This document shows positions 33,764 to 46,591 of a stretch of DNA of 64,000 nt, one piece after another. The stretch's first letter is position 1. The number at the start of each line of letters is the position of its first letter. The notes beneath the pieces are model-generated. The model saw only the letters and a list, made by a program, of their open reading frames with translations. It was not told where the DNA came from and did no database searches. A program made the translations under genes and the position numbers. The DNA is taken from positions 248,001 through 312,000 of the forward strand of contig NW_027191465.1 in NCBI RefSeq assembly GCF_011745625.1, given 5' to 3'. This stretch comes from Cladosporium halotolerans (Eukaryota).

Positions 33764-35299
33764 ATGGCGCTCGATGCAGTGCTCGGGCTCAACAGCCCTG
33801 TACTCGGCGTTGCATTCGTCTTTCTCGCACTCCTTGCCACCGCCTATGTTTTCCTCTTTGCGCGGCCCTCCCTGCCCAAGAATGCTCCCCCACTCGTGAC
33901 AGAGGCATGGCCTTTGATTGGGAGCATGCAATTTTTCACGCAGCGTTGGGACTTCTTCCGACGACAGATGGCTCACTCGCCCAATGGTAATTTCTCCTTC
34001 TGGGCGGGCGACAAACCTGTCATTGGCCTTTCCGGTGACGAATCAAGGCGCATCTTCTTCGAACACAGGCATCTGGGGTTTTCCGAGGGGTATGGTGCTC
34101 TTCTTGGTGGTAGCCCGAAGATCAACAAGAACAATGAGTTGCTCGCAGAAGCCCAAGAGCAGGAGGATGGCTTCGGCGCCTACTTTGCTAAACGCCTGGG
34201 CGCCATGCTGAAAGGACCGATATTGGCCAAGGGACTTCCTGAGTTGCTGCAAGACGTGCGATCGAAGATTGACAAGCTTGCCGACCAAGAGGACAAGGTT
34301 ACAGACCCGTTTGACAGTATCTACCGGATCGTGTTCCAGATCACCATGCGCACTGTCGCCTGTAATGAAATTGCTGGCGACGAACTTCTCCTGGAGAAGG
34401 TTTTGAAGCTGTACGAGACCATCGAGTCTACTGCGACGCCTCTGAGCATCATGTACAACTGGATGCCCGTACCCGCTCGATTCCGCCGTACCTATGCCGG
34501 CGCAAGACTGTACATGATCTTCAAGAGCATCATTGACACGCGCGCAAAGGAAGGTCGCAGGGAAGATGACACGTTACAGTACCTGATTGATCAAGGTGAC
34601 GATATTACCAAGATCATCACCTTCGTACTCGGCGCCTTGTTTGCTGGTCAACTAAACTCGGGCGTCAATGCTGCCTGGATGATCGTTTACCTGTCAAACA
34701 ACCAACATTGGCTGCAGCTTGCTCGCGAGGAGGTGCAAGCGGTCGCCGATCGTCACTGTCCCGACTCCTCCCTTGCTCTCGTCGACCGTCTCATGCAAGT
34801 CCCAATCGAGGCTTGGGAGTCAGAATTCCCCACTATCGACCTCTGCCTCAAGGAAACCATTCGCATGCAGCTTGCTGGTAGTGCGTTCCGCAAGAACATA
34901 TCCGGTAGACCCATCCCCTTGAACAAGGACGGTACCGAGGTCATCCCGCCAGATGCGTATGCGGCATTCGCAGTCGCAGACATCCACTACAACCCGGAAA
35001 TCTACACCGACCACAACACATGGGATCCGTCCCGTTACTTGCCTGGCCGCGAAGAGGACAAGAAAAAGCAGTTCGGCTGGATTGGATGGGGCGTCAGCAG
35101 GCATCCGTGTCTTGGCATGCGATTCGCAAAGCTGGAAAACAATATCATCACTGCTTTCTGGGTTGCTCAATTTGAGGGCATGGAAACGGTGGACTCGCAA
35201 GGGAAGAAGATGGCTCCGCCTTCGGTTAACCAGAACGCACATAGTGCGCACAAGCCGAATCCGAGAGTATTTGTCAACTATAAGTTGAGGAATGCTTGA
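33764..35299 (+). CDS. Cytochrome P450 monooxygenase
   Basis: N-terminal membrane anchor and Pro hinge, I-helix AGQLNS, ETIR (ExxR), WDPSRY, heme motif WGVSRHPCLG. Intronless. Confidence 0.93.
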   Translation: MALDAVLGLNSPVLGVAFVFLALLATAYVFLFARPSLPKNAPPLVTEAWPLIGSMQFFTQRWDFFRRQMAHSPNGNFSFWAGDKPVIGLSGDESRRIFFEHRHLGFSEGYGALLGGSPKINKNNELLAEAQEQEDGFGAYFAKRLGAMLKGPILAKGLPELLQDVRSKIDKLADQEDKVTDPFDSIYRIVFQITMRTVACNEIAGDELLLEKVLKLYETIESTATPLSIMYNWMPVPARFRRTYAGARLYMIFKSIIDTRAKEGRREDDTLQYLIDQGDDITKIITFVLGALFAGQLNSGVNAAWMIVYLSNNQHWLQLAREEVQAVADRHCPDSSLALVDRLMQVPIEAWESEFPTIDLCLKETIRMQLAGSAFRKNISGRPIPLNKDGTEVIPPDAYAAFAVADIHYNPEIYTDHNTWDPSRYLPGREEDKKKQFGWIGWGVSRHPCLGMRFAKLENNIITAFWVAQFEGMETVDSQGKKMAPPSVNQNAHSAHKPNPRVFVNYKLRNA

Positions 35300-35795
35300 G
35301 ATGGCATAGGCTTAGACAAACAAATAAGGCCGAGCAGATTAATGTAAACATTGCATCGTCAAATGTCACAAGGAGCTGTCTCTTGTTGCTAGCAAAAAGA
35401 TTACTGAAGAGTGTGCAAAGACCATTGGCCAGATCCTCTGTGCACATGTTTGCTTGGAGTACGCGTCGTTGAGGACTCTGATCAGAGAACGACTGTGCTT
35501 GTCTGCGAACAACAGGGTTCGGAAATGGTCGTGTGAAGACTTGGACCCTGCAACGCGTTAGGCGATCGGGACCTTGCAGCCGCGACAGCGGCAATTCCCG
35601 CCGACTCCTCTGGGGGTACCGTACTCGTCACCAACGGGGGCAAGTCCATTCGCAATCGTCTACCTGTAACGCGGCCCGTCATCCTAGCCTCCCTTTGAAT
35701 TGACTGCTTTCTACTCCATTGTACATGTAATGTCTACCGCCTTCACCTAGAGTCGAGACTTGTCTCCTGTGCCTGTACGAGTACGCGACAGGACG

Positions 35796-37556
35796 ATGGA
35801 GCCTGAGCACAACAACAACCTCCCGCGGCGGACCATGTCCGCCAAACGAGCCTCCATGCGCCCTCTAGACGTCCGCCGGATTCTGGCAGACCAAGGCGCT
35901 TCGGAGGCCAAACCTCTCCCTGCCCTCCCAGCAGACCACGTCGCTTCCCCTGCCAGTCCCTCCGCCAGCCAACACTCTGCCGGCTCGTCTGGTCGCACAA
36001 GTTTCCAAAGCCATGGCAGGACCATGTCTATGGCCTCGCTTAACAGCAACAACGCTACGCCTGGACGGCTCAACCGCTTCTCCATGCAGTTCCCTATTCA
36101 GCCAGCGACGCGCGAACAGTCCCCCAGCAGACCATCTTCCTCTCCCACAAAAGACACAGCACCCGCACCACCAACCCCTAGCGCCGCGCCCTCCGACGCC
36201 AACTTCCTGACCGCGATCGCCGCGCAGGAACGCAAAGTTCTTGAGCTGAAAGAGGAGCTGCAGCGTGCCGAGGCAGAATTGACGAAACTCAAGAAGAGCT
36301 GGGCCAACCATGAAGCGTACAAGAAGAAGAACGAGGTGCGAATGCTAGCCAAGCTCGAGCCAGTGAACACCACGGCGCCCGCGACACCAGTAGCTCAGGA
36401 CGACGAAGATGGCTCTGGCGCGTGGCTGCAGCAGGAAATGGAGCGCAGGAAGGCGTTGCTGAACGGCACACGGACTTCCAATAGGACTGTGTTCTCCGGC
36501 TCCAGGCACACGCGGACGCTGTCGCTACTGTCGCCCACGCGGACGACGGAGGCCCCTTCACCTTTGTTGCAGCATCCACCGAGGCAGGATAGCCTGCCGC
36601 CTTCGGCGAAGCAGAGCGTAGAGAGCGAGAGGCCTCAGTTGCCGCACAGGAATTCCCTCCTCTCGAGGACATCTTCGGCTTCGGCGACGCCGGATGTCAG
36701 TGCTGAGATTGACAAGACCGCAGATGTTGAGATCGATCTCACGCAAGCGAACGTGGACCGGGAGGTGCTCATCAAGCACGGGAAGAAGATGGCGACGGAT
36801 TTCAAAGACGGGCTGTGGACATTCTGGGAGGATCTGAGGCAAGCTACGGTGGGCGACGAGGCAACGCAAGTCCTGCCACCCAACGGTAGGCGGCAGAGCT
36901 CGAAGGAAACCCTCAGGCAGAGTTACCGAGACAGCAGCCGTGCGTCTCGGGGGTCTGCCACCAGCAAGGCGTCGACGGAGACGAGACGACCGCCCACGCG
37001 CTCGCCAGTGAACCGAAGACCGTCGCCCGCCCAGGTGCAAGAGGAGCCATCTCTAATCGATACATCCGGCACATTCTGGACCGAGCACGGTCTCACCATT
37101 CCCCAAGCCACGCCTGCACCTGTCAAGAAGGCCTCCAAGCACACCAAGACGCCTTCAATGGCACCCTCTGTGGCTTCAAGTGCGGACGCCTGGGACACTT
37201 GGGACGATCACAGCCCAAAAGACTCGCGCTCTAGCAGCAGCGCGACTTCGGAGTCTGTGACGCAAGCGTCGACTAACGCTACAAGCCCACGCCACTCCGC
37301 CGCCGCTTCCAGAGACGAGCCACATCAGCCTGAGCACGTCGAAGGAAAGGAGAAGGAGCCCTTGCCTTGGCCGGCTCTATCCAAGCTGCGGCCAACATCT
37401 CTGCGCAGGACTGCAAGCCACCTCATGAGTGAGTGGGAGAAGAGCATGACGCCCGAGCCGGGTCAGGAGTTCAAAGGCGATGAGAGCGAATTTGCTATTC
37501 CGTTGAAGAAATCGGAGGAAACTGGTCGCAGCGACAGTGCCCAGAAGCGGGACTAG
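35796..37556 (+). CDS. Disordered coiled-coil protein (Tda11/DUF4048-like)
   Basis: Long Ser/Pro-rich ORF with a coiled coil FLTAIAAQERKVLELKEEL...W and a GLWTFWEDLRQATVG block. Confidence 0.75.
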   Translation: MEPEHNNNLPRRTMSAKRASMRPLDVRRILADQGASEAKPLPALPADHVASPASPSASQHSAGSSGRTSFQSHGRTMSMASLNSNNATPGRLNRFSMQFPIQPATREQSPSRPSSSPTKDTAPAPPTPSAAPSDANFLTAIAAQERKVLELKEELQRAEAELTKLKKSWANHEAYKKKNEVRMLAKLEPVNTTAPATPVAQDDEDGSGAWLQQEMERRKALLNGTRTSNRTVFSGSRHTRTLSLLSPTRTTEAPSPLLQHPPRQDSLPPSAKQSVESERPQLPHRNSLLSRTSSASATPDVSAEIDKTADVEIDLTQANVDREVLIKHGKKMATDFKDGLWTFWEDLRQATVGDEATQVLPPNGRRQSSKETLRQSYRDSSRASRGSATSKASTETRRPPTRSPVNRRPSPAQVQEEPSLIDTSGTFWTEHGLTIPQATPAPVKKASKHTKTPSMAPSVASSADAWDTWDDHSPKDSRSSSSATSESVTQASTNATSPRHSAAASRDEPHQPEHVEGKEKEPLPWPALSKLRPTSLRRTASHLMSEWEKSMTPEPGQEFKGDESEFAIPLKKSEETGRSDSAQKRD

Positions 37557-37971
37557 ATACTTTTGTGAATAGACTAATAGGGACATTGGTTGGATGGAGA
37601 ATTGTTATGCCTTCGAACGACCACGATCTGGGACGCGGGATTATGTACTTTAGCCGGACTGGAGTATTCCACTGAGAATGACACAATACCATGGGGAGAA
37701 GGCTTGTTTGTCCGGGAAATTGTCAACATTATGAATGCAACGGGTGAATAGCATCAAATATTACGCTGGTGCATTCGTCTCGTCTTGGTCTTCACATGCA
37801 TCTGCGGCGGAGGTCCGCTTGTTTCGGACTAGCGCGTCCCTTCCCCCAAAAGTTACCCTCGACACTTCGGTAACTTTGTTGAACAGGGATATTCGGCGCA
37901 AGCCTCCTAACAATACATCCTTACTACCGATCTTGCGATATCTCCTCTTCCTCACATATCCCATCATCAAC

Positions 37972-38610
37972 ATGGCGTTTCCAGGTATGGGAGGCATGCC
38001 CGGCATGGGTGGTATGGGCGGCATGGGCGGCGGCGCATCCGGACAAGACCTCCAGGCCATGAAGGAGCAGCAAGCGATCAAATACGTACGTGCCCATCCT
38101 CTTCTCCCAGGGACAAGCTCCCAAACAATATCAAATTGACACTTTTCCTAGATGCAAGCAGCCATGGAATCCTGCCCCGGCAAACTCGCCATGTCCGGCG
38201 TGATGGGCTTCGGCCTCGGCGGCGTCTTCGGCCTCTTCATGTCGTCGATGCGCTACGACACGCCCATGGCGACCTCCGCCGCCGGCACCGCCATGTCCTC
38301 GCTGCCCGTCAAGGAGCAGCTGCGCCAGGGCTTCAAAGAGATGGGTCGCGCCAGTTGGTCCTCGGCCAAGAACTTCGGCTACATCGGCGCGCTGTTCGCC
38401 GGCACCGAGTGTGCTATCGAGGGATACCGGGCGAAGAACGACCTAGGCAACGGTGTTGCGGCGGGTTGCTTGACGGGAGGGTTTTTGGCGAGGGGCGGTG
38501 GGCCGCAGGCGGCGGCGCTGGGGTGTGCGGGTTTCGCGGCGTTTTCCGCGGCAATTGATGCGTACATGCGCATGCCGAGCGATGATGTTGCCAGCGACCC
38601 GATTATTTGA
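37972..38610 (+). CDS. TIM22: Mitochondrial inner-membrane translocase subunit Tim22
   Basis: Intron 38086..38151. [35 protein letters not shown] and [13 protein letters not shown]. Confidence 0.95.
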
Positions 38611-39538
38611 GGAGGGAGGGTGTGAGGGCACACTCTACGAGGAAGAGCATTACCGGAGTTAAAGACTTTTTGTACGATACGGGAAAGGGGAACACGAAAA
38701 CATCCTTGAGCGTACGCTCATAGGATCGAATAGGTCTGGTTGAGGGGAAGCCAGGCTTAGGGCCATTTCCCGACGACGGGGAATAAGGAGATGAACAGCA
38801 CGCCACGCGAGATAGACGGAATACCCAGGATACATTCATACTCCTCGTCTTCGGCGACGAGAACCTGCTTTCGGGCACGACCAAAAACAATCTCCGCTTG
38901 GCTTGAGACGGACCAGACCGGACTGCAATGAATAGGGAATACCTCAAGGTCACCAACACATTAGACACTGCCATCACACATCTCGAATGGATGAACGACC
39001 GAGCGTTTTACCGAATAGCAGGTGTAAGATAGTAAACGAAGACAAGCTTCGCATCCAAAGGATACACAACCTCCCAAAATTGAGAAGTCAAGGACCTTTG
39101 AAAACATAACATTCTAACGGTTGCGATGCACGTGTGCTGCGAATTCCATGAGCTCCGAAAGGCCAAAACGTCTGGTGGTGCGGCAGGATCCCTTTAGGGT
39201 GATGTTACAACTGACCTCATCGTCAAGCCTTAGGCACGTGCTTGCGGTCGTTTGATGAGCTAGCACATGCGAACATGACTACCGGGTCAAACCATTGCGT
39301 ACGAAGTGCGGGGCCTGAGTTCTTTCCGGCAACTATACTACCAGCTAGTACCGCGCCTCGTATGGCGATATGGGGACCGATTGCATCACCGTTCCTTGCT
39401 CGAGTGCTGACAGGCACTAGGTACCGAGGGGTGTCGTTCGATTCACTGGTACAATGCACATCTCCAACACTATAAATTCGTGAGGAAGAAGCCCTGCGAC
39501 CCAATGTTTCCTTCACCCTTCAACCAATAACCTTGGCC

Positions 39539-39841
39539 ATGTTCCTACCACAGTTCCTGCCTTACGGCAGCTACGGGAACGCATCGCAACCCGCCAACTT
39601 CAAACTACCCTCAAGTGTCATCGACAATGTACTACCAGGCTACAGTCACACTTCCCACTACGCCAGCACACTCCTCAGCTTTGATATTTCCTTCGTCTTG
39701 ACCTCCATCGCTCTCTTGTTCGGAGCCATCGAAACCGGCAAATTCTTCCACAGACAACTCATCAGCACTATTGGGCCCTGCTTCCTGTGCACTCTCGTCA
39801 TGCCGGAGAACGGCAAAGTCTTCGAGATCGTCATGGAATGA
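39539..39841 (+). pseudogene. Truncated 5' remnant resembling the N-terminus of fungal BCS1-like AAA ATPases
   Basis: PGYS...FDISF[TM helix]...FEIVME*L resembles my recollection of the PGYS...D...TM...F..VM.WL pattern. TGA falls at the Trp position; low-complexity DNA follows and no AAA domain is present. Confidence 0.5.
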
Positions 39842-39920
39842 TTGGGGGGTTTGAGGGGGAGGGTGGATAGGTGGTGGGCTGGGCTGGGCGGGGCTGGTGG
39901 GAGTTTAGTTGTGCGAGGTA

Positions 39921-39924
<4 letters not shown>

Positions 39925-39955
<31 letters not shown>
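39925..39955. repeat. (GA)15 microsatellite
   Basis: Perfect dinucleotide run. Confidence 0.95.
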
Positions 39956-39957
<2 letters not shown>

Positions 39958-41442
39958 TGTTGACTGTTTTGGTGATTGGGTTATCCCTTCGTGGTACCTG
40001 CAGTCAGAGGCATCGATACCGATCGTATCGCCAACCATCCAAACCAAACCCGACTCGCACGCGACTCATCCAACCAACCTCTATCACCGATTGAAATCAG
40101 ATCTGTACAAATCCCTTCACCCTTCCCAACCCACCATCCCCACTCCACCCGTCCACGCCCGCGCGCCCTCCCTTGCCCTTTGTCCAAGTACAAGACCAAC
40201 ACAACACAACACACCCTCCCTCCCTCCCTCCCCCAGCGCTCCCTGAAGCCATCCATAGTACGACGGATGAAATGTAGAGGAGTCGCGCAACAGGACCAAA
40301 ACAGCTCAGCTCCCCCTCCCACTCCCACTCTCCAATCCAATCCCAGGGTCCGGGTCCGGGACGCGGTACGGTACGTGGTACGTACAGCTCGAACGAGATC
40401 CGGTAGCTTTCGGGAGGCGCGGGGCGCGGCGGCGGCGGGTACCTACATGTCTGTTGATGATTGCATCATCGGAGTGTTGTGTTTATGGCAGTGACGTCGG
40501 TTGATGGTGATGGGTGATGATGGTAGGTCGCTGGCTCGGGGGAAAGGGTTGGAGATGGCATGGAGATGGGTTGATGAGGTTGAGGGCCGAGTGAAGGGTT
40601 GAGTGGAGGTGCTCGTCTCGTCTAAGGCAGGTCGGGCACTAACGGTGTTGCAAAAGCGGGAGAAGGGCAAGAGGTGAGTGAGTGAGTTGAGCAAGGGATG
40701 GATTTTGATTTTAGGATTTTGATTTGAATTGAGTTTTCTGAGATCTTTGGGGAATGTGATACGATGTGGTGATAAGAGCAAACGAAATGTCGGGAAAAGG
40801 AGCTAATAAATGAATTCGACAAAAGATCAACAAAAAAAAAAAGACTCTGACGATGATAAGTAAACAAGAAATCCTCGACTCGTATGGGGTTGTTCCGAAC
40901 TAGAGAAAGAAAGCAAAAAAAAAAGACAAAAAGTAAACCGATGCGGAAAGCCCAACAAGAACATAGGGGATTCGACCGTTGCCGCCTCCTGATCCTCCTC
41001 CTCCAACCCTCGTTCAAGATGCTAAAATGGCTCGTCGGAAATGCTGTACACAAAGATCCCGTCTTTCTTTTCCCAAGACGCTAGAGGTATATGCATGGTC
41101 ACACTGCGGGAGCCGGCCCGCGACGATAGATTGCAGTAGATGAGGGTGGTTTTTTGTTTGGAGGTGGATATGATTGGAGACAGGTTCTGAGAGCCCATGC
41201 TAAGCTTTGCGGTAGATTTGACTTTGTTCTCTTTTTTTTCCTCTCTCTTTGCTGGTTGGTCAAAGCCCCCGTGTGTGAAAGTGTTGCCGTTCGTGAAAGA
41301 AGAGGTCGAAGCCCGCCGCCCCTGGTTTGGCGCGATGGAAGAAGAATGAAGAGAGATGACGCCGGAGTTGTTTTCTAAAATGCTCTGGAGATGGTGGTTT
41401 TCATCGTCGTGGTCGAATGCAGTTTCTCTATGCTGTGAGCAT

Positions 41443-42971
41443 TTACAGGCGGGCACCACCGTGGCGCTTGTGGTTGTGCAGGTGGCGACGGTACTTGTCG
41501 TCGGCGGCCTGGGAGGCGGTGGCGGTGACGGTCATGTCGACCTCCTCGATGGCGATCTCGACGACCTCGCCGTTCTCGGTGACGGTCTTGGTCGAGACGA
41601 TGTTGGCGGAGGAAGAGTCGACGGCGTCGTAGATGGAGGGCGAGGCGGTGATGGAGGCGGCGGCGACCTCGGCGTCGGAGGCGGTGCTGGAGCCGTAGGA
41701 GGAGGCCTTGTCGGAGCCCTCGGAAGACTTGCTGTCGTCGTCACCGAAGAGGGCGGAGGAGGCCTTGCTGAGGAGGCCGTAGTCGGAGGCAGAGCTGCTG
41801 GGCTTGCTGGACTTGGCGGACTTGGTAGGCTCGCTGTGGCCGTCACGGCCAACGCAGGGGTACTTGGTGGCGTCGGCGGGACCGTACTGCATGGGGACAC
41901 CCATGGGGATACCGTCCTGGATGCTCATGACATCCTCGTCGGAGAGAACCTCGGGCATCTCGAAGGAGCACTGGTCGGCCTTGGAGTCCTCCTGGATGTC
42001 GAAGAGAGCGCAGTCCTCGATGCGGCCGGACTGGTTCTGGCAAGTGTCGAGAGCCTTCTGGAGGAAGTCGGAGGACTCCCAGCCCATGATGAAGTCACCG
42101 TGGTAGCCAGCGCCAGTAGGGTCACCGTGAGAGAGAGCGAACTCGCCGTCCTCGCCGGCGAACTTGTTGGTGGCCCAGATGGTCTCGAAGAAGAGGAAGG
42201 GGTAGTGGATGTCGTAACCCTCGGGGCACTTGCCCTCCTTGACGAGGTTGGGGTAGGCGACGTGAGACTGGTGGTCGTCGGAGTCGAGCTCACCGTTACC
42301 GCAGCTAGGGAAACCGATCTCGAGACGCATGCCGTCCTTGCAGTTGGCGTCCATGTAGGACTTCTCGGGGAGCTCGTGGCGGTAGAGAGAGGGCTCGGCG
42401 GTGGCGCCGTAGTTGAGGCAGTTGAAGCCGAGGGCTCTCTGGGAGAGCCACTTCTGGTCATCGGGCTCCTGGGGCCAAGAGCTGAGGGGCTCGTCGGGGA
42501 AGGAGCCGTTGAAGGAACGGAGGTCCCTCTGGCCGGCAAGCATCTGGAAGCCCTCGGGGAAGGCCTTGACATTGTCCATGTAGTACAGGTAGTAGGCGAG
42601 CATGCCACCGATCTGGGGAACGATGACGGAAGAGCCGTTGCTGTAGACGAAGTAGAGGGCGGGGGTCCAGTAGGCGGAGTGGTCCTGGGTGACGGCGCAG
42701 GAGGTGCAAGCGCCCTCGGCGGTCAGGTCGGCGTAGGTGGACTCCATGTGGAAGTCTTGACGAGCGGGTCAGTTACAAGTTGCTCAATTTCTAGTCGTTC
42801 GATTGAATACTCACTGCCGGAACCAGCGATGGTGTGGACGTGGTCGGCGATCTGGCCGGGGTCGACAATGGGATCCATACGGGCGACACCGGTCTCAGTG
42901 CGACACGGCATGCGCCAGAAGGCGTGGGCGCCACTCACGAGGGTGAGGGCGGCGGCGGTGGTGCTCCTCAT
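41443..42971 (-). CDS. Secreted DUF1996-domain protein with Ser/Ala-rich linker
   Basis: Signal peptide then FWRMPC, RMDPIV.PG..HVH; intron 42756..42814; CTSC...DHSAYWTP, FPEGFQM, FPSC, GDPTGAGYHGDF..GW. Confidence 0.92.
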
Positions 42972-45900
42972 GGTGGTGGGAAGCGAAGAGGGTTCGGGGG
43001 ATTGGGTTTCGACGTATCGAAGCGGATTGGTATCCCTTGCTGAGCAGGTCGGAACGGGTGTCGGCGGTGGTCAGGAGGTCGAATGCGAGTGGCTCCGGTA
43101 AGGAATGGAACGACACAGGCTGTCAAACGAGCACACGGCGCGGTCGACAGAGCAGCGTCTGGAGGTGGTGGAAAGCGGCGACAAAGGAGTGACAGTTCCT
43201 GCGAGAGCGAGGCGGCGGACGGGATGCGTTTCTGGGGGGCGCGGTGAGGGTGAAGAATGAGCGGAGCAGGCGAGGAGGTGGTGCGGCGACGCCTGGGCCA
43301 AGGGGTGTCGCGCAGCAGCCGACGTTTACAACGATCGACGCCGCTGGAGTCGCCCGGGATGAGCATTCGGGCGGCAGCGAATGGGCGCGCGGTGCCTTGC
43401 AGACTGCCGGGTTAGCGCCCGCGTAGCGCCGCCGTAGCGCAGCCGCCTCCGACAGAGCGAGATTGACCGCCCCCGCCCAGCGTCACACTAGCGGCGGCCT
43501 TAGGCAGCCGGGGCTCCTTAGCCAGCGCGCCTGTTGCACCGTCTCGCCGCGCTCGCCTCACGCCCGCCACTCGATCGGGGCTGGCAGGTCGCTGTTGCCG
43601 CTGCCCTGCTGCACCGCGGCAGACACATCCGACCAGCCTGCCGGCCTCGTCTGCGCGCGACGCCTGCGCTGCCATCACCGCTCTATCCCACGCACGCCTC
43701 GGACTGCCTGCCCACACACGTCCCCGCCCAGCTGTGCCGCGCGCCCCGTGCTCACATATGAGTGCTGGAGCATACCTGAACATGTACCTCAGGCATGCAA
43801 CACCTGCCAGTGGCCCAGTGCACGCACGCCAACCAGCAGCACCAGCACCGCGCGCCCAGCACCAGCACCGCCCCCCTCCCAAGCCCGCCGCGCGCACACA
43901 AGGGCCTTGGGCCTGCGCAACAAATTCCTGGGAACGCAAATGAACGAACGCGCCCGCGCCCCTCGCCGGCGCGGATCCACGCGCGCCGTGACGACCGCCT
44001 GCTGCCCGCGCACTGCCCAAATGACGATCCTGATCCCGGCGCCCGGCGAAAGCTTGGTACGACGGAGCTCAGGGCTGTCCCGCGCGCCCGCGCCGTTGCT
44101 ATTTGCGCTCGCAAGGCCAACCTCCAAGCCTCCAAGTGCCCCCCAGGAACCCCCGTTCCAATCTCCCGCTCGCAACTCGGCCGCCGGACTGCGACGTGTG
44201 TGTGCCAGCGTGAAACCGATCCCGCCTCCGTGGTCGCCGTGGAATGTCACGCCTGCGACGTGCCGTTTCGCGTCGCACCCAAGCTGAGGTCCTGTGTCTC
44301 TCGTTTTCCCGGTACGAGAATACAGCATTTGCGTGCCTTTCGCATCATTCATCCATCCCTGAACCGCATCGCGATGCTTGAACCGGAGTCTTGGTCCGCC
44401 TGCTAGTCAAGGCCCCAAGGAAGACAGGGACCTGGGCGGCGCGGCTCTTGGAGGAAATACGATGATTCCCACCTTGTTTGCCCTGCGCCGCGTCTGCCTC
44501 CACCCCCCGGCTACCCCGGCACATCAGACCTCGTGTTGCCCGTCCGATTCATCCATCACACACCTGACTCAAAGCATGCATCCATGCCGGTAAGCGTGAC
44601 AGTACGTGTGTGTTCATGCAGGGCGAGCACAAGCACGCAACAATGGGAAAGTCAACAATAAGGTAATCACGGAAACAGTCACACACACGCCGCAAGCTCA
44701 TTCTTCCCACGCGGACTCGAAGCCTCTTCCTGCACGGAAGCACTCTCCCATCCACCCATCCATCCTTCCTTCCTTCCTGATCCATCCCCCCCTCCCCTGT
44801 TCCACGCGAGCTCCCATCATCCCGCCAAATGACAGCATCCCGCCAAACCCGTCCCAAACCAAACCAAACAAACCTCCACTCCACAACCCACACAAACCTT
44901 GAGGTCAAACTCAATCGTCACATCACATCTTCTTCCATGTAATTTCGACGCCCGTTTTCCCGCTGCTCCCCATCAATCTCGTCAGTCCGTCCGCGCAACT
45001 GCCCGCTTGCCTTGCCGCTGCAACCGTTTCGTTTCCTCTCCTTCCTTCCTTCCTTCGTCCCGACCTTCCACAGAACACAACGCTCCGCGCCTTACCCGTC
45101 GCCAGAGCCGAGATGATGCGCATTGCGTAAGCTGAGCCGGCGGCACCGCAGCGCAGCGCAGCGTCGTCTCATTTCGATCTGGCCGAGTAATTACATTCGT
45201 TTTGGAGGACGCGACGCGTCGTCGTCGTCGTCCTGTTCGTTTGCCGTTGTGTCCTTCTTGTGCCTGTCCGACTCGGAGTGCCGATTCGAGCTGCATGTGG
45301 ATGAATGAATGCCGTGAAGACCTCTGTCGGACGCTACTGCTGTGCTGTACACCTAGTGTCGCGTCAGGGCTGCGAGAGCGCGTGCGCTCTACTCTACTCG
45401 AGACGGTCACGTGGTTCGACTATCCTGGGTAGGTTCGCTTGGGTGTTTGGGGTTTTGGGGAGGAGGTACACTTAGGGCTTGATGGGTTGGTTTGGAGGGT
45501 TTTGGGGGGCGTGTGTTTCGTTGTTCGGGGGAGGGGACGGATTGGGGTAAGTCGAGTTGGTTACATGTTGAGGATGTGGTGGTGGGGTGGAGGGGTGGGA
45601 ATGCTCTATTTCTGGGCGATTGGGCGGGATGAGAGGTGAACGTGAATGCATGCGGGAAATTTACGTGAGGTCTGCTCTGTCTTTGTATAGTTATCCTGGT
45701 GGGAGTTGTGAACTGTTGATCCGGTCGGTATTGGGGTTTGCGATCAGTTGGTCGTCTTTGTACCAACCGTCCAACGCTTCGTTCGACTGGATTCTAGCGT
45801 TGTCGAACGCCTGAGGGAGGTATCCCATCTTTCCAACGACGGCCACGTCGACACACGACATGAAAGCCTTTTGCCATTAATCACACAGCGAGTTTGATGC

Positions 45901-45979
45901 GGTTGTTTCCATACCAGTGTGACCTTCTCATTCCTCTTTTTATACCTGAGCCGATTGTGAAGTTGAGCGAGCAAAGCCA

Positions 45980-45996
45980 CCCTAACCCTAACCCTA
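45980..45996. repeat. Short telomere-like motif (CCCTAA)2CCCTA
   Basis: ccctaaccctaacccta in intergenic DNA. Confidence 0.6.
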
Positions 45997-46591
45997 TCAT
46001 CCACTCTTGAGCAACCATCAATCCAGCCATCAAAAGCAGACAAGGCGTCAGTGTCATCAACGCGAGATCCTTCGTCTGATAATGGAGGCCTGAGAATAAT
46101 GCTGTCGTGCTGCAGGTCGCATATATCCGCCTCGCAGGCCATCCCTCACAGCTCCAAAGCAAATACCTTCCTCGAGCGACGCTCAATTTTCACATCTCTG
46201 CACATCACCACACCTCACCACAACCACCACAACCCACAGAAGAAACCCACGCAAAAAAAGGACATCATGACCGCTCTCATTCGCATTGCATCTGTATAAC
46301 CGCAAAGGGGAAAAACGCACGTTCTTAACAAAAAAAAAAACCCCCTAGCTAGATTTCCACACACACGCTCCCGCCGCCCTCTCTCTGTGTCGCCCCCCTC
46401 CCTCCCGTCGCATCATCGTGTCCTTTCGTGCGCCGTCCGCTGATCCGATTACCTACCACCTACCTAGCCCTGCGCAGTCGTCGTCTCGGTGGGTTGGGGG
46501 GTTTCAGCGTGCTGTCATGAGAAAAAAGATTTCCGGTTTTGAGTTTTTCTTTTCTTTCCTTTCCGTTGCATTGGGTCGGTTCGAAACCAGA

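Noticed and set aside
41356..43101. 581-aa + strand ORF
   Set aside because: Antisense shadow of the highly codon-biased DUF1996 gene.
43412..44406. Several 190-270 aa ORFs
   Set aside because: GC-rich promoter-like DNA giving stop-poor frames on both strands, with no protein-like features.
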